Shown here: positions 1 through 8,026 of the stretch, piece by piece | How the letters are laid out: each line of letters begins with the position of its first letter | Position numbering within the stretch: position 1 is the first letter of the stretch | Assembly (NCBI RefSeq): GCF_000018105.1 | Contig: NC_009927.1 | Coordinates: forward strand, 60,001-92,000 | Direction of reading: 5' to 3' | DNA from: Acaryochloris marina MBIC11017 | GTDB taxonomy: Bacteria > Cyanobacteriota > Cyanobacteriia > Thermosynechococcales > Thermosynechococcaceae | DNA length: 32,000 nt | The notes under the pieces: generated by a model | What the model was told of the DNA's origin: nothing | The model's input: the letters and a program-made list of their open reading frames with translations, nothing else | Database searches by the model: none | Position numbers and translations under genes: made by a program

Positions 1-9
1 ATCTCGACT

Positions 10-360
10 CTAACAATGCCATATCGTCTTTTTTGCCAGTGCTTGGAAATCTGACGTTTCATCTGGGAGTTCTAATTCCTTGAGGGGCTGACCCAACTCA
101 TAGAGTGAGTTTCTAGTTTTAACATAAACATGGCCTGCACCGCCGAAGTACCGCTGAATTGTGGAGGTCGTCATACTGACACCAAGGGGATGTTGAGGAT
201 GGCCATATAGTTTCCCTCTGATCACCGCTATGCCATCTTTTTCTACATCAATCCAAGACTCAATAATAGGGATATTCTGAGTATCTTCTTGTGGGGTTTG
301 GCCAGACTTATAAGAGGCGTTCTCCACAAAAAAGCCAGTGATATCTTCAATCGTCAACAT
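10..360 (-). CDS. hypothetical protein
   Basis: ORF 10..378. The track start at 378 is a TTG; the first ATG (MLTIEDITG...) is at 360. No recognisable motif. Confidence 0.45.
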   Translation of the reverse strand: MLTIEDITGFFVENASYKSGQTPQEDTQNIPIIESWIDVEKDGIAVIRGKLYGHPQHPLGVSMTTSTIQRYFGGAGHVYVKTRNSLYELGQPLKELELPDETSDFQALAKKTIWHC

Positions 361-501
361 GGAAATTTGGGGTTGCAAAAATATACAAAATAGAAAATAA
401 GCAATTTAGATAAATTATTACTATATATATAATTTAATTAAAATCTAGTCATATTAACTCAGGAATATTACTGAGTTTCAGGATGTCTCGGCAATTTATA
501 A

Positions 502-1107
502 TCACAGCAAATGTATTCCGTTAAAGGAGTAACATGCTCTCCTAAACGAGAGAGCTGCATTATGGTCAGCAATGTGAATGGCTAGAGCCTCAATCAGTTC
601 TTGATGACTCATTTCAGATGATTGATTTAATGTCTGTTTAATCATGAAATCAGCCATTGGACCAATATGAATAGCCAGTTCTTGTTTGCACTGACTGATA
701 AACTCCTCATCATCATTGGCTAGTTCCAAGGCTTGCTGAGTTGCCATTTCAGGAGGTGTAGACGGCACTCTCTTTTGAGGTGGCTTTTGAGTAGCTGGAG
801 TCACCTTAAGTGATTCAAGCGAAGTTGATAATTTTTCCTCGGACTTCGAAGAATGCAGAGATTGAGCCTGAGTAGGGAGTGCAGCCTGACGACATCGCCA
901 AGTCATCAAGTAAGTAGGGAACTCAACTAATATATACTTCACCCCTTTAGTACAAGCTTCCTCACAAAACTCTATGGCTGTCTGACGCCACGATTTATGA
1001 AAAGACGGACCTGGCACAAAACTTTCCCCCTGGATTTCCAAGGAAGATGACCGATCATGCAAGAATCCTCGTGCTTCTAATTCTTCAGATATAAAGATGG
1101 ACGCCAC
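502..1107 (-). CDS. hypothetical protein with a low-complexity Ser/Pro/Thr linker
   Basis: 201-aa ORF with a GTG start at 1107. It has a structured N-terminal part, a linker (SKSEEKLSTSLESLKVTPATQKPPQKRVPSTPPE) and a helical C-terminal part. No family recognised. Confidence 0.5.
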   Translation of the reverse strand: MASIFISEELEARGFLHDRSSSLEIQGESFVPGPSFHKSWRQTAIEFCEEACTKGVKYILVEFPTYLMTWRCRQAALPTQAQSLHSSKSEEKLSTSLESLKVTPATQKPPQKRVPSTPPEMATQQALELANDDEEFISQCKQELAIHIGPMADFMIKQTLNQSSEMSHQELIEALAIHIADHNAALSFRRACYSFNGIHLL

Positions 1108-1438
1108 TTTTTCCTTAAGTCATTTGTATCTCGCGATAAAAAGCTAGGTCTTAAGTTCATCTGAACTGACTGTGGATGAACTCGCCTTGATAAGCCACTA
1201 CTCTCAGGTTGCCCTAAAGGCTGATTGCAGCCATCAAAAATAGGTATGGGTTGATCAACTCTTCTATACAGATCACCAAAAGAGGATCAGACCTACAATT
1301 TGTGCGATCGGTCTTTAAATTGACAATGCCAAAGAAACCCTCCAATAAAATCTGTCAGGCACACCCAAAACAACGGGGAAAGACATGAAAATCATTAAAA
1401 AAGGGAATAATAAGCTCTAGGCACATCAGTAGCTTGAC

Positions 1439-1618
1439 ATGACAAATTTCACACTTCAAACATCAGATCTATCACCAGAAATTGCTGCGTTGAAGATGCA
1501 GTTAGCAATTAGTCTGCAATTTCATCACAGGAAAACAATAGAGCGTTTGCCACTAGAAGCAGCCATGCAAGTGATGGCTGAAGTTTGGGATGCTTGCGAC
1601 CATCAACGAAGTAGCTAA
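1439..1618 (+). CDS. small hypothetical protein (59 aa, below the track cutoff)
   Basis: Hand translation gives MTNFTLQTSDLSPEIAALKMQLAISLQFHHRKTIERLPLEAAMQVMAEVWDACDHQRS. The stop lies 5 nt before the ATG of the next gene, which suggests a two-gene unit. Confidence 0.3.
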   Translation: MTNFTLQTSDLSPEIAALKMQLAISLQFHHRKTIERLPLEAAMQVMAEVWDACDHQRSS

Positions 1619-1623
1619 ATCCA

Positions 1624-1830
1624 ATGAAACCCACCCAAGCCTTCTACAACGGCACCCCCATCGCCCCACCCTCAAACCATCCGACGATAGAACAGAATAT
1701 GGAGCTACTGGACTGGCATCCGATTTTCACGGGACGGTGCCCCAACTGTGAGAGGCCGATCCGGAAGACTACGCCACCGAGGAGTCACTGGGACTGTGGG
1801 AGTTGTGGGTGGAGGGATGATTCAGATTAA
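1624..1830 (+). CDS. small zinc-ribbon protein (CPNC...CGSC)
   Basis: 68-aa ORF with two CxxC pairs (CPNCERP and CGSCGW). A near-identical paralog lies at 5529..5732. Confidence 0.6.
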   Translation: MKPTQAFYNGTPIAPPSNHPTIEQNMELLDWHPIFTGRCPNCERPIRKTTPPRSHWDCGSCGWRDDSD

Positions 1831-1912
1831 CGATACAACTAACCTGATTCCTATTTTTTCGTGAGAACTAATCGATATACTTGATGTACTCCAGCCAGCA
1901 TGAGATGACTCA

Positions 1913-2947
1913 ATGCAGCCTGACAGTTATCCTCTAATTGCGCTCAAGATACTACTCTGCATTGGTCTCTGTACTGCCTGTACTAGAACGAACTCAGAAG
2001 ACTTTGTTATTGCCTTCACGGGCGAGCAAGATAAGAACAACAGAGATATTTTTCTCATGACGGCTGATGGTTCAAACCGTAAACGGTTAACCACACACCC
2101 AGGAGAAGACTGGAGTCCTGTTTGGTCGCCAGATGGCACTCGCTTAGCCTTTATATCTGACCGAAATGGTCAATCAGACCTCTATCTTATTAATTTAGAT
2201 GGTAGTCAGTTAACACGCCTTACTTCACATGCTGCTAGGGATGAAGATCCCGCGTGGTCTCCTGACAGTCAACACATTACCTTTGTAAGCAAACGCGATG
2301 CCAATCAACAGCATCCTTACAATACTGAGATTTATCTACTCAATATCAAGGACTCCGAAATCAAGCGTCTGACTGAACACGTGGGGGAAGACAGTAGTCC
2401 AAGCTGGTCTCCTGATGGACAGCAGATTGTATTTTCTCGCAAGATCCAAGACAATGCAGATTTATTTCTGATGACCCCTGAAGGGACAGAGTTCAAACAA
2501 CTCACTGATGATCCAAATGATGATTGGAATGCTGACTGGTCTCCTGATGGACAGCAGATTGTATTTACCTCAGGTCGAAGTAATAATGTTGACCTTTACG
2601 TGATCAATGCTGATGGGTCTAATCTCAAGCGCTTAACCCAAGATCCTGAAGACGAGAACCAAGGGCGATGGTCGCCCTCAGGCCATAGGATCGCTTATAT
2701 TTCACTATCGCAAAATCAATGGGATCTTTACACGATTCTCCCAAACGGCACAGGACGGACTCGTGTGACCAATGATGATGCTTTGGAACTTGCCTTTGAC
2801 TGGTTACCTAACAGCAATAAAATTCTTTTTGAGAGTAAGGATGGTATCTATCAAGCTAATGTCATTGGATCTAAAAAGCAGCAGATGACAGATAATCCAA
2901 AAGATGGTTCTCCTACATGGAAACCATTATCTAAAGCTTTTAAATAA
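1913..2947 (+). CDS. TolB-like PD40/WD40-like beta-propeller protein, secreted, possible lipoprotein
   Basis: Repeated 'WSPDG..I.F.S.R.G..DLY..N.DGS....LT' units, seen about 6 times. The N-terminal hydrophobic signal ends in LCTAC. Confidence 0.9.
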   Translation: MQPDSYPLIALKILLCIGLCTACTRTNSEDFVIAFTGEQDKNNRDIFLMTADGSNRKRLTTHPGEDWSPVWSPDGTRLAFISDRNGQSDLYLINLDGSQLTRLTSHAARDEDPAWSPDSQHITFVSKRDANQQHPYNTEIYLLNIKDSEIKRLTEHVGEDSSPSWSPDGQQIVFSRKIQDNADLFLMTPEGTEFKQLTDDPNDDWNADWSPDGQQIVFTSGRSNNVDLYVINADGSNLKRLTQDPEDENQGRWSPSGHRIAYISLSQNQWDLYTILPNGTGRTRVTNDDALELAFDWLPNSNKILFESKDGIYQANVIGSKKQQMTDNPKDGSPTWKPLSKAFK

Positions 2948-3060
2948 CTCTGTTTCACGACAAAATCATCTTTAGCCATCTCATATTCTTAATTTTGCAA
3001 GTCGTTTAATGGACTTCAGTCATTTTGGAGTATTGAATATCGAAGCACCGTCAACCGCAA

Positions 3061-3762
3061 CTAGTCAGCCAATAGTATTGAATCTGAACCAACGTCAGAA
3101 TTACCATCTGAAACCATCGATCCATCAAACCTTTGCTGAATTCCATTTCCTTGGCTACTCTCATCCTTCCACTCCTGCGGTATATCTCTAGCATCGGCCC
3201 AACTACCAATTGATGACCAATTGGTTTCAGGATCAAAACGGATATTGAGAAGGTCTGATCTCTCAAAATTAGCTCCTTCAAGATCCGCACCAGAAAGATC
3301 CGCTTCATAGAGATTAGCCTCACATAGGTAGACTTCACAAAGGCTAGCTTGACTGAGGTCTGTCTCACTAAGATTGGCTTTGTAAAGATAGGCTCTACAA
3401 AGGTTAGCACCACGGAGATCGGCTTTATAGAGGTTGACGTTATAGAGATTGGCTTTCCAGAGACTAGCCCTACACAAGTCAGCCTCAATGAGGTTGGCCT
3501 CTTTCAGGTTCGCTTTACTTAAAATGGCACCACGAAGATTGGCTTTCCAGAGGCTGGCTTCACAAAGGCTGGCCTGATTGAGATTAGCACCCGTGAGATT
3601 AGCCCCGATCATGATCGCTTTATGAAGGTTAGCCCCATGTAGATCCATCCCAGTCAGACTGGCCTTGCTGAGGTTAATCGATACCTTGAGATTTTCCTTT
3701 CTCCACTCGTTCCAAACTTCAACACCCTGACTCAGCAAGGCTATCTGTTCCTGATTAGCCAT
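3061..3762 (-). CDS. pentapeptide repeat protein
   Basis: Long run of A(D/N)Lxx pentapeptides (ANLHKAIMIGANLTGANLNQASLCEASLWKANLRGAIL...). The N-terminus MANQEQIALLSQGVEVWNEWR is typical of cyanobacterial members. Confidence 0.9.
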   Translation of the reverse strand: MANQEQIALLSQGVEVWNEWRKENLKVSINLSKASLTGMDLHGANLHKAIMIGANLTGANLNQASLCEASLWKANLRGAILSKANLKEANLIEADLCRASLWKANLYNVNLYKADLRGANLCRAYLYKANLSETDLSQASLCEVYLCEANLYEADLSGADLEGANFERSDLLNIRFDPETNWSSIGSWADARDIPQEWKDESSQGNGIQQRFDGSMVSDGNSDVGSDSILLAD

Positions 3763-3810
3763 CGTTAGTTCTCAAGAATGCTCTGAAGTCAATTCTCTTA
3801 TCCCATGCAT

Positions 3811-3825
3811 GATAGCAATGCTATC
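3811..3825. promoter_or_regulatory. perfect 7-1-7 palindrome GATAGCAaTGCTATC upstream of the pentapeptide-repeat gene
   Basis: Read directly from the sequence. It lies 49 nt upstream of the ATG at 3762. Possible operator; function unknown. Confidence 0.2.
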
Positions 3826-3992
3826 GGGAAATTTTGGAAAGCAAACATGAGATTGAAATCCCCATATTCCCAGTAACCCAGAAACATCAAAGAAAAGGTC
3901 TTGGAATAACTTGAGACAACTCATCTAAGCTACTGGGGGAATTCGTTAGACTAGGGAGTAAGGCTTGCAAACTGCAATCCTCACACCACACT

Positions 3993-4024
3993 AAACTGAC
4001 AGTTACCCATAACACTGTCAGTTT
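3993..4024. other. perfect 11-bp hairpin (AAACTGACAGT / ACTGTCAGTTT) with a 10-nt loop
   Basis: Inverted repeat read directly. It is followed by TT on the plus strand (TTTTT including the stem), so it is terminator-like, but no plus-strand gene lies upstream. Confidence 0.4.
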
Positions 4025-4150
4025 TTCATAGCCAACACCCCTCACCAGGTCCAAAACAGAAAGACCCCCTTAAAGTACGGGGGACTCCAGGGGGTAGACT
4101 GTTAAGAACTTTTGGTTCATAGATACAGGAGGTTCTGAGGCCCCCTTCAG

Positions 4151-4255
4151 AATCTATCAAGTAAATCTGAGGAAATTTGGGGGCAACCCCCTCTCGCATA
4201 CTCCCAAACATGTTTACCAGAGCGTTGTTTAGGACATTCTTATTAACTTAAGGTG
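4151..4255 (+). repeat. repeat family copy C1 (33-nt core plus about 70-nt extension shared with C2)
   Basis: Core is aatctatcaagtaaatctgaggaaatttggggg. The extension gcaaccccctctcgcatactccc...agcgttgtttagga...cttaagg aligns with 5086..5157. Confidence 0.7.
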
Positions 4256-4397
4256 CTGAATTATATGAAGGTAATTGAGGTCGGTTCGTCTCCACTCAGC
4301 ACACCGACCCAACCAAAACCAGGACACTCAAGCCAACCATAGTAAAGACCCTAGAGACCCCAAGCCCTAATTCTAAGATAGAGACAAAAATCTGATT

Positions 4398-4440
4398 GAT
4401 GTAGCTCTCCTAACAGTTATCAAAAACGAAGAGCTACATC
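4398..4440. other. perfect 11-bp hairpin (GATGTAGCTCT / AGAGCTACATC) with a 21-nt loop
   Basis: Inverted repeat read directly, in ORF-poor DNA. Confidence 0.4.
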
Positions 4441-4535
4441 TAAGGGACATCCCTCCATAAGGAAACCTGACATTCTTAGTATGCCCAAAATCTAGTATCC
4501 GACAGCTTACAAACCCTTTTCAAAAACTATGCGAG

Positions 4536-4721
4536 CTAGGTTTCAAGCATTCCTTTCAACTCAACAATCCAACCATAATACTCTTCGTTTTGCTGGTTTC
4601 GGGGAAGGTGGCTTTGTAGTTGGATCAAGTTTATTAGCTCTTGGGCTCGGCTTAACTTCTGCTCTGGTATTCTCGACCAATCAGGATTGGCTGCAAACTC
4701 TTCAATGAGCAACAGTGACAT
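4536..4721 (-). CDS. small hypothetical protein (61 aa)
   Basis: ATG-initiated ORF with AAGGAT about 11 nt upstream. No motif recognised. It is the only plausible ORF in 3.8-5.5 kb. Confidence 0.3.
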   Translation of the reverse strand: MSLLLIEEFAANPDWSRIPEQKLSRAQELINLIQLQSHLPRNQQNEEYYGWIVELKGMLET

Positions 4722-5014
4722 CTATTTTTATCCTTGCCAATTGAAATTTGCATCGACACTTTATGACAGATATCACCCATCAAACTGTATCAATTTCAAA
4801 TAGCTATTCAGTGATAAAAATCACAGCATTACTCTTCTTTTAAGCAGAAATAAATCGTATTTTTATGTTTTTAATTAAATACCTCTGTAAATCGTGCCAT
4901 AAATGCTTATAAGCACTTTGAGGCCAGAGCTGCCTGGCCCTCGCCAAGACCCAGGACAGCAAAATACCTCCTAAAGCATGGTCTCTTCAGGAGGTATACA
5001 GTCCAGTCAGCAAC

Positions 5015-5055
5015 ATTCTGCAATAGAGATTTGTGTGAAACCTCTATTGCAGAAT
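5015..5055. other. perfect 14-bp hairpin (ATTCTGCAATAGAG / CTCTATTGCAGAAT) with a 13-nt loop
   Basis: Inverted repeat read directly. Its 3' arm runs into the start of repeat copy C2. Confidence 0.45.
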
Positions 5056-5157
5056 CTACCAATCAAATTTGGGGAAATTTGGGGGCAGCCCCCTCCGACA
5101 TACTCCCTAAGCGAGTTAATTAAAGCGTAGTTTTAGGGCGTTTTTGTCAACTTAAGA
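5053..5157 (+). repeat. repeat family copy C2
   Basis: Core is aatctaccaatcaaatttggggaaatttggggg. The extension gcagccccctccgacatactccc...agcgtagttttaggg...cttaaga matches C1. Confidence 0.7.
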
Positions 5158-5300
5158 TCCTCAGATGCTTAACGTGAGAGAACTTGAAGGCTCCGAAACT
5201 TCATCTCCAGCAGCAAGAAACCCCTCAATGCTCACCAGTAGCTTCAAGGGGTGATCCTGTATTCAAGGATATCAACAGGGTCTTAAGGAATGCTATTCAA

Positions 5301-5345
5301 AATCTACCAAGCAAATCTGAGGAAATCCGGGGGAACGTAAGCCTC
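5301..5345 (+). repeat. repeat family copy C3 (core only, C3/C4-type tail)
   Basis: Sequence is aatctaccaagcaaatctgaggaaatccggggg followed by aacgtaagcctc. Confidence 0.6.
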
Positions 5346-5455
5346 ATCCTTAGCAGCAGAATCCCCCTAAAGACTCGCACTCTAGAGGGATTCTAGTCTC
5401 AGCCTCTCTCCTAGAACCGCCTGAATCCTGGGATATTGGCTGATCTTTTATTTTT

Positions 5456-5500
5456 AATCTACCAATCAAATTTGGGGAAATTGGGGGGAAGGTAAGACAC
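5456..5500 (+). repeat. repeat family copy C4 (core only, C3/C4-type tail)
   Basis: Sequence is aatctaccaatcaaatttggggaaattgggggg followed by aaggtaagacac. It ends about 30 nt upstream of the ATG at 5529. Confidence 0.6.
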
Positions 5501-5528
5501 TAGCCTAAATGCTTGCCATAATTCAAAG

Positions 5529-5732
5529 ATGACTCCCACCCAAGCCTTCTACAACGGCACCCCCATCGCCCCACCCTCAAACCATCTGACGACAGAACAG
5601 AATATGGAGCTGCTGGACTGGCATCCGATTTTCACGGGACGGTGCCCCAACTGTGAGAGGCCGATCCGAGAGACCACACCACCGAGGAGCCATTGGGATT
5701 GTGCGGAGTTTGAAGCTAGTCAGGGAGAATGA
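5529..5732 (+). CDS. zinc-ribbon protein paralog lacking the second CxxC (possibly degenerate)
   Basis: The first 58 aa differ from the 1624..1830 product at 4 positions. After HWDC the sequence diverges (AEFEASQGE instead of GSCGWRDDSD), which removes the second Cys pair. Confidence 0.45.
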   Translation: MTPTQAFYNGTPIAPPSNHLTTEQNMELLDWHPIFTGRCPNCERPIRETTPPRSHWDCAEFEASQGE

Positions 5733-5796
5733 GTGCTTGAGATGCTCAATTGGATGACAATAGCAATACTGGAATTGCGATCACAAACCCCAACCC

Positions 5797-6033
5797 ATGA
5801 TCACTTACACCAGAACGACCGCAGACCGCATTCTCCAGCTTTGCCACCGAGTTTTACGGCCAGGTTTGCCCATCGCTGAGGTCATCTTTGCAGAAGACCA
5901 GGGCCAGGAAACACGCCATTATGGAGCCTACAAAGTGCATTTGGATTTTTTTTTTGACGGACAAGATGCGACCGTTTTCTCTTGGCGAGGATACCAAGAC
6001 CGATGGTCACGATGCTTCCCAAGAAAGTACTAG
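5797..6033 (+). CDS. doubtful hypothetical ORF (78 aa)
   Basis: ATG ORF with no SD. It overlaps the 3' end of the PEP-CTERM gene convergently by 152 nt and spans a T10 tract. Confidence 0.2.
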   Translation: MITYTRTTADRILQLCHRVLRPGLPIAEVIFAEDQGQETRHYGAYKVHLDFFFDGQDATVFSWRGYQDRWSRCFPRKY

Positions 6034-6565
6034 GCTCAGGAACAGCAACGATCTCATTTGAGGTAGAACCGTCAAATATTCCGCACAGTGAGAATGGAGA
6101 ATCAACACAGAATTGTTGTCTTGGACCAAAGTAATACGTGTTCAACGGGCCAGGACCAGCAGAGTAACCCTGGTCAATGGCGTTTCGATTTGGAACTGAA
6201 GCACTAATCCCTTCAATAACCCCGGTAACGCCATCGCCCAAAGGACCACCATCTAAGTCATAGACAAGACCAAATAAGTCTCCAAATCCATAAGTTGTCG
6301 GTGGTGTTAACCGATTCCCAGAAAAGGAGACTCTAAAGTCTGAAACTTCACTGGAGTTTTGAAGTCCTCTGAAATACGCAATTTGACCATCGCCATTCAG
6401 GTCATCGGCGATGAAAAAACCTTCAGCGTAAGCGCCTTCATCAAAACCATCTTGCCTGAAGTTATAGGTAAGGGAGGCTGCCGTTACTGGGGGTGTAAAG
6501 CCCAGAATCAAGTTACAGGAGGTATACGCACAGGCCACTATTGCCAAAAACTTTGAGTTCTTCAT
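5882..6565 (-). CDS. PEP-CTERM sorting-domain secreted protein
   Basis: N-terminal signal peptide (MKNSKFLAIVACAYTS...). A classical VPEPSTFLGSIVTIGLGILAKRKR motif lies near the C-terminus, and 29 extra residues follow it. Confidence 0.8.
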   Translation of the reverse strand: MKNSKFLAIVACAYTSCNLILGFTPPVTAASLTYNFRQDGFDEGAYAEGFFIADDLNGDGQIAYFRGLQNSSEVSDFRVSFSGNRLTPPTTYGFGDLFGLVYDLDGGPLGDGVTGVIEGISASVPNRNAIDQGYSAGPGPLNTYYFGPRQQFCVDSPFSLCGIFDGSTSNEIVAVPEPSTFLGSIVTIGLGILAKRKRSHLVRQKKNPNALCRLHNGVFPGPGLLQR

Positions 6566-7223
6566 GTTTGAATCTCAAATTTTCGATAATTATAGAATCA
6601 GTAGATCGAAAAAAACAACAATATTTCAGTTAATGCTCTATTTCTAGTAGAAATTATTTCCTTATAGTTAGGATTGAAGGAACATAGTTTGAAAGTTTGA
6701 GCAGTCCATCATTTACGAGGAACAATTCCACACTAAAATTCATCTCAGTGGCTCAGTACATAAGTTGACAAATATGGGCACTCTACACTGAGACCAACAA
6801 TGGTCAGTTAGTAGAATCTGCACTTCCAGCGATTTGGGTGATGATCCAAACTACCTCCATCTTCGTATTTAGGCGTTACCCACTGGAACTTATGGCCTTA
6901 ACAACGGCTATTTCCGGAGGCAACTATGGATGGCTACACTCTCATTTGGTTCTTAATCTGGCAGTCTATCTACTTCTCTATGTTCTTACATTTCTTCCTT
7001 AGCGATGCTTTGAGGAGTCACCCAGAAGAACAATGACTTTGTAGAAATAAAAGCATGTTCTCGCAAGGTACCGCTATTTGCGATCTTATCCACGTATCGA
7101 CATACCCCCAGCCCGCCCCTCATACTTGTCCTCGGACTCTCAGGGTTTCGTCTCTGGCACTTCAGCAGGGCCGCAGCGCTTCTGGTGGTGGTTCGGGTGG
7201 TGGGGTGTGAGGGAGCTGGGGTA

Positions 7224-7598
7224 TCAGTTCTCTGCACGTCTTGGGCCAATTAGACCAATCAAGTTTCCATCAGGATCCATCACCTGGCACATATACTTCC
7301 CATCTTGTCGATCTAATGGGCCACGATAGAGCTTGGCTCCTAAATTGAGTGCTCGTTCAAGAACCACATCGAAATCTGCAACTTGCCAATAGGCAACATG
7401 TCCCGCTGCTCCTGATGGTACTTTGTTATCCGATTGATGAAACCATACTTCTTGATTGCCAACTTTTATAAAGAAGTGCTCCAATTTCTCTAACCAGGTA
7501 ACCTCAATGTCAAATAAGCATGAATACCACGCTGCTGCCGCATAACGATCAGAGACAAAGTACATAACTTCAGCAACACATTCAAACAAGCTACTCAC
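7224..7598 (-). CDS. VOC family (glyoxalase/bleomycin-resistance/dioxygenase fold) protein
   Basis: 124 aa with a GTG start. The pattern (AWYSCLFD...GHVAYWQVADFD...GAKLYRGPLD...VMDPDGNLIGLIG) is typical of small VOC proteins. Confidence 0.8.
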   Translation of the reverse strand: MSSLFECVAEVMYFVSDRYAAAAWYSCLFDIEVTWLEKLEHFFIKVGNQEVWFHQSDNKVPSGAAGHVAYWQVADFDVVLERALNLGAKLYRGPLDRQDGKYMCQVMDPDGNLIGLIGPRRAEN

Positions 7599-7606
7599 AT
7601 ACCTCT

Positions 7607-8026
7607 TTAATCATCGGCTATCAGTCGCTTGCCAAAACTTACTACCTTATCTTCTGAGAAACCAATGCACTCATAGAATTTTATTGCTTCCAAATTATCT
7701 TCGCGAATTTGTAGGTTGATTTTTGGGCATCCAAAATCCTGAAGCAGACGTTCAGCCTCGTTCATCATTTTGCGCCCCAATCCCTGCCGCTGGAACTCTG
7801 GATCAACTGCAAGATAATTAATCCAACCCCGGTGGCCCTCAAAACCAGCCATAACGGTTGAAACAACTTCTAGATCAACAATTCCAACCAAAAACCAATC
7901 TGACTGTACAAGAAGCTTACGAGCTATATCCTTGTACGGATCATTCCATTGTCTTAATAAGCCACACCGTTGCCATAGATCAACAACAACTTCTTTATCT
8001 TCAGAATTGTGAATCAGTTGTTCTAT
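7607..8026 (-). CDS. GNAT family N-acetyltransferase (YpeA-like); start codon uncertain
   Basis: The track ORF (94 aa, TTG) covers only the C-terminal two thirds. The frame stays open upstream to a TGA at about 8044..8046 and encodes ...EIEQLIHNSEDKEVVVDLWQRCGLLRQWNDPYKDIARKLLVQSDWFLVGIV.... This aligns with the N-terminus of E. coli YpeA as I recall it. There is no ATG/GTG/TTG in that stretch (candidates ATA 8026, CTG 8017, ATT 8014). Confidence 0.75.
   Translation of the reverse strand: MEQLIHNSEDKEVVVDLWQRCGLLRQWNDPYKDIARKLLVQSDWFLVGIVDLEVVSTVMAGFEGHRGWINYLAVDPEFQRQGLGRKMMNEAERLLQDFGCPKINLQIREDNLEAIKFYECIGFSEDKVVSFGKRLIADD

Noticed and set aside
361-372. A 12-mer, ggaaatttgggg, identical to part of the repeat core and abutting the ATG (360) of the first gene
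   Set aside because: The flanks do not align convincingly with the repeat core. It may be chance or a very short relic, so it was not counted as a fifth copy.
3009-3488. ORFs 3009..3191 (+) and 3051..3488 (-)
   Set aside because: These are alternative-frame or antisense readings of the pentapeptide-repeat gene, kept open by the repetitive DNA.
4151-5500. The four direct repeats, considered as a CRISPR array
   Set aside because: Spacing is irregular (about 900, 250 and 155 nt). The copies differ at several positions and in their tails, and there are no cas genes in the window.
5946-5955. The T10/A10 homopolymer, considered as a phase-variation switch
   Set aside because: It lies after the PEP-CTERM sorting signal, so frameshifts would change only a dispensable tail. 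No supporting evidence is available from a single sequence.
6585-6599. GATAATTATAGAATC upstream of the PEP-CTERM gene, considered as a fifth Fur-type box
   Set aside because: Only the ATAATTAT centre is palindromic. It lacks the GAGAATGAT..ATCATT arms shared by boxes A to D.
6986-7329. The mutually overlapping ORFs 6986..7249 (-) and 7078..7329 (+)
   Set aside because: Neither has a motif, an SD or a plausible composition. The second runs antisense into the VOC gene. The 660-nt region 6566-7223 is left unannotated. A 36-aa hydrophobic ORF (MDGYTLIWFLIWQSIYFSMFLHFFL.., about 6926-7036) was seen but cannot be supported.
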